From a virus (lineage: Duplodnaviria; Caudoviricetes): 59,149 bases of DNA. The notes below the pieces were generated by a model. That model did not search any database. It saw nothing but the letters and a program-made list of their open reading frames with translations, and was not told the DNA's origin. Each line of letters begins with the position of its first letter. Position 1 is the first letter of the stretch. A program made the position numbers and the translations under genes. Positions 26,973 through 36,213 of the stretch are shown piece after piece. Location: IMG/VR virus record IMGVR_UViG_3300018465_000001, positions 1 to 59,149 of that record. One strand, written 5' to 3'.

Positions 26973-27788
26973 TCAACTACCCCCGATCCAGACCGTGGTC
27001 CGGTCGCATCCCTCGGGGAGGTCCAACGACATCACACGCGGGGGCTGACGAAGCTTGCCCGGGTTCAGCGTGGCCACCACGTCGTCCACCGTCTTGATTC
27101 CGGTGGTCCCACCGGCCGGGTCCGGCGCGGCCACCTCGACCTCGACACCCTGACGGGACAGCCGTGTCATCTTGGCCGGGAGCGCACACCGGCCGCCCGA
27201 AAGGTGCTTGGCGTACTCACACGCCAGGATGGCAGTGGCGATGGCCAGAGCCTCGGGCACGGCCGTCCCCTGGCCGTACGTCACCTCAAACGTGTCAGGC
27301 TCACCGGGCGTGGCAGTCATGTTCTGGCACGCGGGCCAGCACTCACCGTCGGTACGGACCAGGAGCCAGGCGCCGCCGGACACGTCCACGCGGTAGGCCG
27401 ACGGAGAGACGACCTCCTCCCCGACCACGACTTCCTCCACCTCGGCCACCGGACCCCGCAGCACGACGGCGCACGCGGAAGAGCCGCAGCATGCCGTCGC
27501 GCACCCGGCGTTGAACCACCGGCCGCCGAACAGGAACGGGCCACCCGCCACGCCCAGGCCCTGGGCGCCCGGAGTGACCGCGAACTCCCGGTAGGCCGAC
27601 TCGGACCGGCGGGCCTGGCCCGGCCGGACGGTCACCGGGCACACGCCGAACCGGCGGCCGGTGGCACCCCACAACCAGGTCGATGCCAGCCAGAGTGCGG
27701 AGTTCTTGGTGGCGTCCGAGTAGTCGTTCCACGTGGAACAAAAGTCGATCGGGACCGTCACGTCCCAGGCGCATGGCATCATCAGCAA
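26973..27788 (-). CDS. Head-to-tail adaptor
   Basis: LW.ATGRRFG.CPVTVRP, WP.CQ, LACE..K, RQGV, TGI..VD. Confidence 0.75.
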   Translation of the reverse strand: MLMMPCAWDVTVPIDFCSTWNDYSDATKNSALWLASTWLWGATGRRFGVCPVTVRPGQARRSESAYREFAVTPGAQGLGVAGGPFLFGGRWFNAGCATACCGSSACAVVLRGPVAEVEEVVVGEEVVSPSAYRVDVSGGAWLLVRTDGECWPACQNMTATPGEPDTFEVTYGQGTAVPEALAIATAILACEYAKHLSGGRCALPAKMTRLSRQGVEVEVAAPDPAGGTTGIKTVDDVVATLNPGKLRQPPRVMSLDLPEGCDRTTVWIGGS

Positions 27789-28750
27789 TCCCCTCCTGGG
27801 AATGACCTTACAGCCCGTGGCGTCCAGGGGAGGACGAGTCCGGACCGGGGAGCGAACGGGAACGGCGGAACGGGACAGCCCACATCCCCGTTGGACCCGG
27901 CGCCGGACACGGCTAGGTTGAGGGCCAGCGCGGCTGCGCCCAGGGAGTCACGCGCTCCGGCGCCGGACACGGCCAGCCCGAGGCCTACGGCCGCCGCGCC
28001 CAGGGAGTCACGTGCTCCGGCACCGGCCGGTGACAGGTCCAGGGTGAGCGCGACCGAACCACCGTGCGGCGCCGATCCGGTCGCGGTGACCGCCAGCCCG
28101 AGGCCCAGAGCCGCCGCGCCCTCGGAGTTCCGGGCGCCGGTGGCCGCCACCCCGAGGCCGATCTCGAGGGCGGCCGACCCGGCCGAGTCCCGGCCGCCGG
28201 TGGCCGCAACAGCCAAGTCCAGGCCCAGCGCGGCTGAGCCCTCGTTCGGGGGGATCGTTCCCCCGTCGTCCATGATCGGGCTGACGTAGTACCAGGCATT
28301 GAACGGATCCGGGGGGTAGGGCGCCAGCGGAGCGCCACCGTTGAACCCGATCAGGCGCCCGTTGTCCGCGACGATCTTGCCCGAGGGTGACGTGACCTCA
28401 GACGTGCTCGGAGACCGGAAGACGTAGTGCGTGGTGTAGACGGTGGCCACGTAGAGAGCCGGTGCCGGGTCCAGGGTGGGCTTCGTGGTGAACTCCACCG
28501 ACTGGAGTCCACCGGGGACCGGCGTGAACTCCTCGTAGGCGACTCGGCTGGCCGTGGCCACGTCCCAGATGGCAACCGCGTGTGTCCCGCCCGGAGGATC
28601 GGTCACCGTGTCCGGGACACGCCATTGCACCCCCCAGCACGGGCCGCCGTCCTCGTGCGAGAACCGGATCCCCATGTTGTAGGACTGCCCCGGGTCCACC
28701 AGGTCGGTGAACGCCGGGGTGGCTGGCCACGCGATCGATTCGAGCGCCAT
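27782..28750 (-). CDS. Virion protein with DUF4082-like beta domain and ~21-aa tandem repeats
   Basis: YNMGIRFS...WGVQWR; six repeats of G.AAL.L.LAV.(A/G).G.R.S. Confidence 0.7.
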   Translation of the reverse strand: MALESIAWPATPAFTDLVDPGQSYNMGIRFSHEDGGPCWGVQWRVPDTVTDPPGGTHAVAIWDVATASRVAYEEFTPVPGGLQSVEFTTKPTLDPAPALYVATVYTTHYVFRSPSTSEVTSPSGKIVADNGRLIGFNGGAPLAPYPPDPFNAWYYVSPIMDDGGTIPPNEGSAALGLDLAVAATGGRDSAGSAALEIGLGVAATGARNSEGAAALGLGLAVTATGSAPHGGSVALTLDLSPAGAGARDSLGAAAVGLGLAVSGAGARDSLGAAALALNLAVSGAGSNGDVGCPVPPFPFAPRSGLVLPWTPRAVRSFPGGDC

Positions 28751-28754
28751 GGGC

Positions 28755-29090
28755 TCAGGTGCTGGAACCGGTGATGGTGAGCGCGGTCAGGTTGTACGCC
28801 CCGGCGGCGTTGAACGTGGTGTCACCGGTCAGCGCGTCGTACCCGTAGAACGTGCCACCGCTGGCGGCTGAGAAGAACAGTGCGTGCGTGGCGCCGTCCC
28901 CCGGCGTGCCGGTGAACGCGTACGGAACGCCGGTGGCCGTGATGACTCCCCCGGCCACCGTGCTGGTGAGCTGGACGCGCGCCGCACTGGTCTGATCGGC
29001 CGATGTCGGCCCGTCGCCGATGGCGACGTAAACGACCGCCTCGTTGCCGTCCTCCAGGAACGCGTTGATCCCGGCTGTGTTGAGTGGCAT
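28755..29090 (-). CDS. Small virion structural protein
   Basis: ATH..FFSAASGGTFYG...L.G..TFNAAG.Y motif; GGGAGG RBS. Confidence 0.7.
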   Translation of the reverse strand: MPLNTAGINAFLEDGNEAVVYVAIGDGPTSADQTSAARVQLTSTVAGGVITATGVPYAFTGTPGDGATHALFFSAASGGTFYGYDALTGDTTFNAAGAYNLTALTITGSST

Positions 29091-29124
29091 GGTCCCTCCC
29101 TGTCTGTCCAGGTCAGTGTACGGA

Positions 29125-29152
29125 AAAGGCCCCCGGTTTCCCGGGGGCCTTT
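29125..29152. terminator. Bidirectional intrinsic terminator after the major tail gene
   Basis: AAAGGCCCCCGG-TTTC-CCGGGGGCCTTT. Confidence 0.75.
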
Positions 29153-29160
29153 CGCGTTGC

Positions 29161-29850
29161 TCAGGAGCTGAGCGACTGGCAACCGCACTCCGCCTCGGGC
29201 GGAGCAAGCTGGGTCCAGATCGGCAAGTGGTGCGTGTCGTCCGCGATCGCGGTGAACAGCGGCGACGGGTCACCGTTCTGGTCCACCACCACGTCGTACG
29301 GGCCGGTGCCCCACGGGGTGCCCTTGCGCGTGCGACCGGCCACCGTGAAGGTGATCAGGTCGTTGGTGATGACGATGTCCTCGGTGAGGGCACCCTCGGT
29401 CACCCACGGCAGGAGGTTGTACCCGTAGAACGGGTCGGTACCGGGGAGGCAGGCCTCCTCGGCGTTGCCCATCCACAGCTCCAGCGCGAAGTTGGCCGTG
29501 GCGAACTCGGACTCGGTGACCGGGAAACCGATGACGCGGTCCTGGTCGTCGTAGTACGGGGACAGCCCGGTCAGGATGGTGAACAGCTCGGGGTCCACCT
29601 CCTGGAACTGGATCGACACGTCGTACCAGTTCAGGATCGGGGCACCACGCTGGTTGACGATCGCCCGGCCCGAGGCGGTCCGCTGGAGGAAACGCTCCCC
29701 CTCCTCGGTGTTCGGGGTGATCGTCGCGGAGACGTAGCCGTCGGACACGCCGAAGGCACAGTCCCCGAACTCGGGGTTACCGCACACGTCCAGGCGGGTC
29801 ACGCGCAGCGTGGATCCCTGGAGCGGCTTGGCACAAAGCAGGTTCGTCAC
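29161..29850 (-). CDS. Major tail protein
   Basis: LRVTRLD.CG.P, VDPEL...LTG, FALELW, WG.GPYDV. Confidence 0.8.
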   Translation of the reverse strand: MTNLLCAKPLQGSTLRVTRLDVCGNPEFGDCAFGVSDGYVSATITPNTEEGERFLQRTASGRAIVNQRGAPILNWYDVSIQFQEVDPELFTILTGLSPYYDDQDRVIGFPVTESEFATANFALELWMGNAEEACLPGTDPFYGYNLLPWVTEGALTEDIVITNDLITFTVAGRTRKGTPWGTGPYDVVVDQNGDPSPLFTAIADDTHHLPIWTQLAPPEAECGCQSLSS

Positions 29851-30659
29851 GAGACCGCCTCCAGGGGGTCGAACTCGGCGCGGCCCGCGAAGCAGTCGAA
29901 CCCGACCGCGTACGTGCGCTCCGCGACCAACAGGACTTCATTGGTGGCCTGATCGAACGCGTCGTAGACCTGAGTCTCCGCCGCGCGCCACACTGTCGTT
30001 TGGCCAGTGATGATCACCGCGCCGGGCGCGTAGGCGCCGAACACCCAGACGCTCCCCATCGGCGTCACCTTGCGGTTGCCATCGGGGATCACCAGGCCGG
30101 ACTCGGCCGCGAATGCCGCGACCTCTACCGGCGCGTGGATGAACGCCCGGTACCCGTACTCCTGTTCGGTGTACGCGTACCGTTCCAGGGCGCCGACCAC
30201 GTCCGTGAGCAGACCCGGGTCGTAGCCCGCGTCCACGTTCACGGCCTGACCCGTAAGTGTCAGGATGTCCAGGGAGTTGCCCTCCAGGTCCAGGCCGGAC
30301 CAGAGAGCGCGCTCCACGGCCGATTGCTCGGCCGACTCCAGGCGCCGGAGCACCTTGGCCCGGTACTCCTCCCGGGTGTAACCCGGCGCACCACAGTTCA
30401 GCGTGGACAGCACCGCGAACACGCCGGTACTGACCTCGTCGTTGTCCGGGTCGTGCGGCTTCTCGGGGGACGGATTGTCCCCGTCGTAGCAGGCGACACC
30501 GTACGTGTAGGCCGATCCACACGCGTTGGGCACGTAGCGGACGCCGCCCCCCTGCCCGTGGGTGGGGAGGTCGAGAGGCCCGCTGGCGGCCGTGAACAGG
30601 CCGTACCGCGTGTTAAGCGGTTCCGGCGCCGGGACGATCGGTGCTGGCACAAGTGCCAT
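29847..30659 (-). CDS. Capsid-associated / minor capsid protein
   Basis: YGLF.AA, EQ..VE.ALW, TP.G..WVFG, AERTY.VG.DC; follows the capsid gene. Confidence 0.65.
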   Translation of the reverse strand: MALVPAPIVPAPEPLNTRYGLFTAASGPLDLPTHGQGGGVRYVPNACGSAYTYGVACYDGDNPSPEKPHDPDNDEVSTGVFAVLSTLNCGAPGYTREEYRAKVLRRLESAEQSAVERALWSGLDLEGNSLDILTLTGQAVNVDAGYDPGLLTDVVGALERYAYTEQEYGYRAFIHAPVEVAAFAAESGLVIPDGNRKVTPMGSVWVFGAYAPGAVIITGQTTVWRAAETQVYDAFDQATNEVLLVAERTYAVGFDCFAGRAEFDPLEAVS

Positions 30660-30755
30660 ACGTGCTCACCTCCTTCTCGTGATCTCGGTTCGTGCCTCCC
30701 CGGCCGGACCTACTCGCGTGGTCCGCTTCGTGCCCGGCCGGGGAGGTGATCACGA

Positions 30756-32483
30756 TCAGGCCAGGGCGCGGGCCGCGACGACGCCCAGCGGCTGGACGTC
30801 GGTCGTGTAGAGCCGGGAGTCCCGGCACATCTTCAGGGCGGCGAAACCGTCCTCGACGAAGAGCGCGGTGAACTGGTTCTGGGTCAGGAGCGCGTTGTCG
30901 TAGACCGTGTCCAGGTTGATCACGTCCTGCTCGGCCTTCACCCAGGTACCGGCCGGGTAGACCATGAACGTGACCGAGGTCGGGAACGCGGTGGCGCTGG
31001 CCGAACCGCCGAAGGTGCCGCCGGTGAACGCGTCCTGCCAGTCGTAGACGAACTGCGGGCGCGCGCCACGGATGGCGAACCAGTTCATGATCTCGGCGTC
31101 GGTCACGGCCATCTCGGCCACGCCGTTCCGGCGCGCCATCGACGCGCGGATCGGGCCGAGCACCCAGGCCGGGAACACGACCTCGGAGGTGGCGGTCAGC
31201 GGACGGCGGTGACGGTACCGGCTGTCCATGATCGCCAGCTCGACGGCCGCCAGGAGGTTGCTGGCCGCGTCGTCGGCGGACGCGGGCTCGGTGATCGTGG
31301 CCGGGGCGGTGGAGCCCGCGACCAGGCGCGCGATCATCGACGCGTTGACCTTGTGGGCCAGCGCGGTGACGGCCTCCTGGGTGAAGTGGGTGACGGCCTC
31401 GGGGTAGCCCCGCTGCTGCAGGAGCGCACCGGTGATGCACAGGTACGCCACGTCCAGCCGGGTGTCCGTGAAGTCCGGGCACGGGATCTCGACGCAGACC
31501 TTCTCGGCGCCGTTCTCGACCTCGTACTCCGTGAGGATCACGTCCCCCTCGTCGCCGATCAGGTCGTAGATCGTGGCGAAGTCCGGGCCACCGTCCTCAG
31601 GGATCTGGAAACCGCCCCGGCTGGCCTGGATGGTCGGCAGGTCCAGCATGCCGTCCAGGCTCGACAGGGAGCACAGGTCGTACAGGATCTCCGACGGCGC
31701 GCACCATCCGGCCGCCGCCGTCAGGCTCTTACCGGCCTTGATGTTGGCCAGCATCGACGCGGCCAGCGAGCCACCGGGGAGGCGAGCCTCGTTGCGGACG
31801 TGCTCCAGCACCTCGTGAGCCCGGGACGGGTCGGTGATCCGGAACTCGGCCGGGTACTCCCGCTGGATCATCGCGATGTTGTGCCGGGTCATGGACCGGC
31901 CGCCGACAGCGAAACGGCTCCCGCCCTTGACCAGCGGAGCGCGGCCCTTGGCGTTCGCACCCGGGCGGCCGTAGCGGCTGAGCTGGGTGTCGATCAGGCG
32001 GCCGACCTCTGCGAAGCTCGACAGCTCACCGGTGGCCCGGGACGGCGCATCGGCCGCCGCGACCAGGGCGCCGACGCGCTGGCGCTCCACCACCGGCGGG
32101 GTGTCCAGAGTGCCGCCGATCCGGCCGGTGCTGGCGGTCACCGCGACCGGCTCGGGCTGGGGAACCGGGGTCGGTTCCGGCTGGGGGACGGGGGTGGGCT
32201 CCGGCGCCGGGGTCGGCTCGGGCCGGGGGGTCGGCTCGGCCAGACCGGCGGCCAGCTCGGCACGCGCGGCAGCAGCCTCGGCCGTGACGGTCTCGCGCCG
32301 GGTCTCCTCGGTGAGAACACCGTTGGTGAGGTTGCGGTACGCGATCAGCGCGGCGGGCTGGGTGTCGTCGGCGCTGAGCGCCTGACGGGCGTGGTCGCGG
32401 ACCGTCGCGGCGTACGCCGCGAACTCTTCCGCACTGAGTGCGGACAGGTCGGCCGGGACCTCGAACGGGAACTCGAATTCCAC
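30756..32483 (-). CDS. Major capsid protein with N-terminal scaffold-like extension
   Basis: LTAAAGWCAPSE..YD, K.C.EIPCP.F, QFVYDWQD, TALFVEDG; PEPTP linker; GAGGAG RBS. Confidence 0.85.
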   Translation of the reverse strand: MEFEFPFEVPADLSALSAEEFAAYAATVRDHARQALSADDTQPAALIAYRNLTNGVLTEETRRETVTAEAAAARAELAAGLAEPTPRPEPTPAPEPTPVPQPEPTPVPQPEPVAVTASTGRIGGTLDTPPVVERQRVGALVAAADAPSRATGELSSFAEVGRLIDTQLSRYGRPGANAKGRAPLVKGGSRFAVGGRSMTRHNIAMIQREYPAEFRITDPSRAHEVLEHVRNEARLPGGSLAASMLANIKAGKSLTAAAGWCAPSEILYDLCSLSSLDGMLDLPTIQASRGGFQIPEDGGPDFATIYDLIGDEGDVILTEYEVENGAEKVCVEIPCPDFTDTRLDVAYLCITGALLQQRGYPEAVTHFTQEAVTALAHKVNASMIARLVAGSTAPATITEPASADDAASNLLAAVELAIMDSRYRHRRPLTATSEVVFPAWVLGPIRASMARRNGVAEMAVTDAEIMNWFAIRGARPQFVYDWQDAFTGGTFGGSASATAFPTSVTFMVYPAGTWVKAEQDVINLDTVYDNALLTQNQFTALFVEDGFAALKMCRDSRLYTTDVQPLGVVAARALA

Positions 32484-32612
32484 CGGGTTCTCCTCGGATC
32501 GGTTCGGAAAGATCGTCAGACTCCCCGGCCGGTCCGAATCCTGACACCGGTGTGTCAAGCGCGATCGTAGCACCGGACAGGTCAGCCCGGATCAAATGTC
32601 CTCCTCCCCGTG

Positions 32613-32641
32613 TTGACACTTCACAGTCACCGCTGTAATGT
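32613..32641 (+). promoter_or_regulatory. SigA/HrdB-like promoter with palindrome
   Basis: TTGACA-N17-TAATGT. Confidence 0.8.
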
Positions 32642-32687
32642 AGTTCCCGTGAGGCCGACGAGCGGCCGGGACGGAAGGACACGAATC

Positions 32688-33461
32688 ATGCGGACCATCG
32701 AGCGCAACTACCGGAAGAACCCGCACACCGCCTCCTTCCTCCAGACCTTCCACACCGGCATCAGCAGCACCGGCCGCAACTACCGCGAGGAGATGAACGT
32801 GGACGACGCGGCGGCGAGGATCCGGGAGGTCATGGAGAACGGCACGGCGTTCACCCCCGCTTGGATGGCGGACGACGCCGAGGCCCGGGAGCTGGAGGCA
32901 GCCCAGGACGACGACCTCCTGGACCTGGTCCCGGACACCGAGGTCACCGACACCCGTACCCCCGGTCAGGTCAAGTTCATGAACGACCTGATCGAGCGCC
33001 TGACCAAGCTGGACGCCGAGACCGGCCGCCAGGCCCGCGAGTTCACCGACCTGGTGACCGGCAAGGGCGGATGGACCTCCGGCCGGGGCGGCAACGCCAG
33101 CGAGTGGATCGACCGGATGCTGAACAAGGAGCGGGAGCTGAGCGCCAAGATCAAGAGCGTCCCGGTCGCGGTGGCGGACGGCCGCTACGCGGTGGAGGAG
33201 GACGGGACCCTCCGGTTCTTCAAGGTCAAGAACGGCCACAAGCCCGGGTTCGTCTTCCTGGACATCCAGGCGTCCGACGAGTGGCACAGCATCCGCAACC
33301 TGGCCCGCATCCGCGCGGTCCTGGCGCTGATCGCGGCCGACCCCAAGGCGGCGATGGTCCGCTACGGCCAGGAGCTGGGCGTGTGCGGGCACTGCGGCCG
33401 GACCCTGACGGATGAGGCCAGTCGGGCCGCCGGTATCGGCCCGGTGTGCGCCAGTAAGTGA
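32688..33461 (+). CDS. DUF6011-like Zn-ribbon protein
   Basis: AS..ID.., GRYAV, YG..LG.CG.CGR.LTD..SR..GIGPVC. Confidence 0.8.
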   Translation: MRTIERNYRKNPHTASFLQTFHTGISSTGRNYREEMNVDDAAARIREVMENGTAFTPAWMADDAEARELEAAQDDDLLDLVPDTEVTDTRTPGQVKFMNDLIERLTKLDAETGRQAREFTDLVTGKGGWTSGRGGNASEWIDRMLNKERELSAKIKSVPVAVADGRYAVEEDGTLRFFKVKNGHKPGFVFLDIQASDEWHSIRNLARIRAVLALIAADPKAAMVRYGQELGVCGHCGRTLTDEASRAAGIGPVCASK

Positions 33462-33468
33462 TCGACCG

Positions 33469-33493
33469 GGCGGGGGCTCCGGCCCCCGCCTTT
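33469..33493 (+). terminator. Intrinsic terminator
   Basis: GGCGGGGGC...GCCCCCGCC-TTT. Confidence 0.7.
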
Positions 33494-33536
33494 CCCGTGG
33501 TAACCTTGCAGTCAAAACAGCGAAGTGGAGGACGCA

Positions 33537-33800
33537 ATGCCCAAACGCAAGTACCGCATCGGCCAGATCCCGGCCCGGGACGTGGCCTCAGGGGACATCC
33601 TGATCGAGATGGCATACGACCAGGGAGGAATCCGGTGGGACCTGGCTCAACCGATCGGGACCGTTCTGACCGTTCAAAACCACGGGGGAACCGTGAGCTG
33701 GGTTGTCCGGACTGTGTCCGACGCCGTTAGGAGGGTGACCATCGAGTGCAAGAACCCGGCCGAACTGACCTACGTTCACGTCCCGTGGGGACAGCTCTAA
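33537..33800 (+). CDS. Hypothetical protein
   Basis: GGAGG RBS; 87 aa. Confidence 0.65.
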   Translation: MPKRKYRIGQIPARDVASGDILIEMAYDQGGIRWDLAQPIGTVLTVQNHGGTVSWVVRTVSDAVRRVTIECKNPAELTYVHVPWGQL

Positions 33801-34138
33801 TGATCCACCTGTACGGGCGCGGTGACGTGCTCACCATCTGTGGACTGACCTCGGCACTACCCGGGTCGTTGACGACCGAGATAGAGAATGTCACCTGCCG
33901 ATACTGCCGGATGACGATGATCGCCCAGGGCCAGTGCCCGGAGTGCGGAGAGCGCGACACGCTGAGGTGGGACCCGCACCCCAAGAAGTTGACCACGGTG
34001 GTGGACGGTCGCCTGACCATGAACGACGTGACGGCCGTGTTCTACCTGGCCTGTGACTGCTGCTCGGAAACCTTGATCCCCGAGGTGGACCTGGACGCCG
34101 TGGCGAAGTACCTGACCGAGAACCGGTTCATGCCGTGA
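33800..34138 (+). CDS. Cys-rich double zinc-binding protein
   Basis: H..CG..VTCRYC plus CPECG...CDCC. Confidence 0.7.
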   Translation: MIHLYGRGDVLTICGLTSALPGSLTTEIENVTCRYCRMTMIAQGQCPECGERDTLRWDPHPKKLTTVVDGRLTMNDVTAVFYLACDCCSETLIPEVDLDAVAKYLTENRFMP

Positions 34139-34272
34139 TCCGTATATGGCGGGATCTGATCGACGGCCTGAAGTCCGCGATCAGATCATTCGTCAGGCTC
34201 GGCCTGTGATTCAGATGCTCCCGCCGATCGCGTGACCGAGAGCCCCGGCCGAAAAGTCAGGGCTCTCTCGTA

Positions 34273-34301
34273 TTGACACTTCACAGTCAAGGCTGTAACG
34301 T
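34273..34301 (+). promoter_or_regulatory. SigA/HrdB-like promoter with palindrome
   Basis: TTGACA-N17-TAACGT. Confidence 0.8.
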
Positions 34302-34351
34302 AGTCCTTGTTCGGGGCGCACAGCGCCGGTAGGTCGGGGAGGACCGCAGTC

Positions 34352-34543
34352 ATGAGCGAGATGATCACTAACACCATCGGTGCGGACGCGATCCAGAAAG
34401 GGATGTTCATCGACGGCAAGGAGGTCAAGTACGCGCGGCCCGGATGGAAGTCGACCAAGGTTTACATCTACGTGACCTTCATGGACCGGACGAACACCCG
34501 GATCAGCCGGAACCGACGGGTCTCCGTCCAGATCCCTAAGTGA
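34352..34543 (+). CDS. Hypothetical protein (63 aa)
   Basis: GGAGG RBS, own promoter; its stop codon is the start of a palindrome copy. Confidence 0.7.
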   Translation: MSEMITNTIGADAIQKGMFIDGKEVKYARPGWKSTKVYIYVTFMDRTNTRISRNRRVSVQIPK

Positions 34544-34560
34544 CACTGAAGCGTCAACGG

Positions 34561-34595
34561 AAGGTGCCCCGGTCCTGATGGACCGGGGCACCTTT
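34561..34595. terminator. Bidirectional terminator
   Basis: AAGGTGCCCCGGTCC...GGACCGGGGCACCTTT. Confidence 0.75.
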
Positions 34596-34629
34596 CCACA
34601 TCCGGGAGAGCAAGCTCCCGGCGCCGTGA

Positions 34630-34779
34630 TCAGGCCCTGGCGGGGACCTTGGTCACGGTCGCCCCGGGGTGTTTGGCCGCGTACGCCGTGGCCTGGGCCT
34701 CGGTCGTCTTGGTCACGGTCAGCCCACCGGGGAGCTTCACCTTGTAGGTCTCACGCTTCTTGTTGCAGGCACAAGCCAA
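34630..34779 (-). CDS. Small CxC-start protein of the head module (49 aa; not in the ORF track)
   Basis: TTG start with GGAGG RBS: MACACNKKRETYKVKLPGG... Confidence 0.65.
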   Translation of the reverse strand: MACACNKKRETYKVKLPGGLTVTKTTEAQATAYAAKHPGATVTKVPARA

Positions 34780-34784
34780 GTTGA

Positions 34785-36191
34785 TCAGTCCTCCCCGAGC
34801 ACCGAGGCCAGCGCGCGCCGCGCGTCCTCAGCCCTGTTGCGGTCGTCGGTCTCCACGATAGCGGCCAGCTCGGCCCGAGCGGCCAGGCGCGCCTCCTCGG
34901 CCCGCTCGGCCGCCAGCGCCTGGCGCACGATCGCCTCCACGTCCAGCTTGGGCGCGGCCCGGAACGTGACCGGGTCCGGCCCGAGGCTGGCCACGAGCGA
35001 CACCTGGCGCCCGTTGCGGGAGTGGGTCTCCACCGGGAACCCGGGCTCGGAGTGCGCACGCGGACCGGGGGACAGAGCCAGCACCTCCACCAAGGACAGG
35101 TTGCCGCCGATCTCGCGCCAGTCGCCCGACACCTTCCGGCGCTCCAGGACGACCCGGTCCGAAGCCGACAGATCCGGCTCGATCGCACCGGCCACGACGA
35201 TCCCGTACGCGTCCGGGTACGCGCGCACATGCGCGGCCGTGGTTTTGCGGTCGTACTCCGTCATGGTGGCCGCCGCGCCCAGGGCTAGACCGGCGTGTCG
35301 GCCGCCCAGGGTGATCCGGCCCGCCGTGATCTCCTCGCCGTCCGCCGTCTCCACCGTGAAGCGGTTGAACCAGGAGTACGAGTCGTCCTCCCGGGGAGGG
35401 GTGATGCACACACCCTCGTAGCCGACGTGGCAGGTGGCCCAGGTGGCGATGTGGCCGTAGACCCGGCCCGCCTCCCAGTCCCATGTGATCGGGGTCGGGC
35501 CGTCCAGCTCAGGGAGCGTGAACAGGTCGATGCTCGGCGCCTGGCGCGCCATTCCCGCCACCGAGGCCACGAGGGCCAGCGTGTCCGATCCGGCCTCCTC
35601 CGGATCCGGTTCGATCAGCTCGAACGGCCGGGAGGTCTCGGCGAACGCCGGGATGCTGACCAGCGTGGCGGCGCGCACCCGGCCCTGACTGATCAGGAGT
35701 TCCACCGGTGGCTCCTTGCCACCGTTGGCCTCCATGTACTCCTCGACCATCTCCCAGGTGAGGGGCTCGTCCGACCCGGCCATCACGGCGGTGGCCTCGA
35801 ACGAGTCGAGATCGACGCTCGGGCCGAGCGTGCCGTTGGTCGCGAGGTGCATGGCCTCGGCCACGTCCTCGGCCAGCCGGGGCATGGACTCACGGTCCAC
35901 GTCGTCGAACATCACGCCGCGCGCCCAGACGGCCATAGCCGCCTTGTCCATCCCCTTGGTAGCGGCCGGGGTGGTCCAGCCGTCCGCGAGCGCCTGCTCG
36001 ACGGTGAGGATGGCCGCCTCCTGGACCGCGCCGACCTGGACGGCGCCGTCGTGGCCGCCCTCCCGCTGGCGCACCCACTCGAACGGCATCGGCAGATCGG
36101 CCAGCGAGATGCCGCCGGTGGCGAACCGGCGGCCGTCACCGGTACTGGCGTTGATCGGCGCCAGCATGGTCCGGAACCTGGTACCTGGCAT
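34785..36191 (-). CDS. Capsid maturation protease / scaffold
   Basis: TGDGRRF, GGHDGA..VG, SVDLD, ATLV.IPAF, GRVYGHIA.W..CH, SGDWR, PGFPV. Confidence 0.8.
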   Translation of the reverse strand: MPGTRFRTMLAPINASTGDGRRFATGGISLADLPMPFEWVRQREGGHDGAVQVGAVQEAAILTVEQALADGWTTPAATKGMDKAAMAVWARGVMFDDVDRESMPRLAEDVAEAMHLATNGTLGPSVDLDSFEATAVMAGSDEPLTWEMVEEYMEANGGKEPPVELLISQGRVRAATLVSIPAFAETSRPFELIEPDPEEAGSDTLALVASVAGMARQAPSIDLFTLPELDGPTPITWDWEAGRVYGHIATWATCHVGYEGVCITPPREDDSYSWFNRFTVETADGEEITAGRITLGGRHAGLALGAAATMTEYDRKTTAAHVRAYPDAYGIVVAGAIEPDLSASDRVVLERRKVSGDWREIGGNLSLVEVLALSPGPRAHSEPGFPVETHSRNGRQVSLVASLGPDPVTFRAAPKLDVEAIVRQALAAERAEEARLAARAELAAIVETDDRNRAEDARRALASVLGED

Positions 36192-36213
36192 GTCGTCCTC
36201 CCTCGATGCCAGG

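Noticed and set aside
27900-28245. ~63-bp DNA repeats
   Set aside because: Explained by 21-aa protein repeats in 27782-28750
32140-32240. Short tandem DNA repeats
   Set aside because: They encode the PEPTP linker of the capsid/scaffold protein
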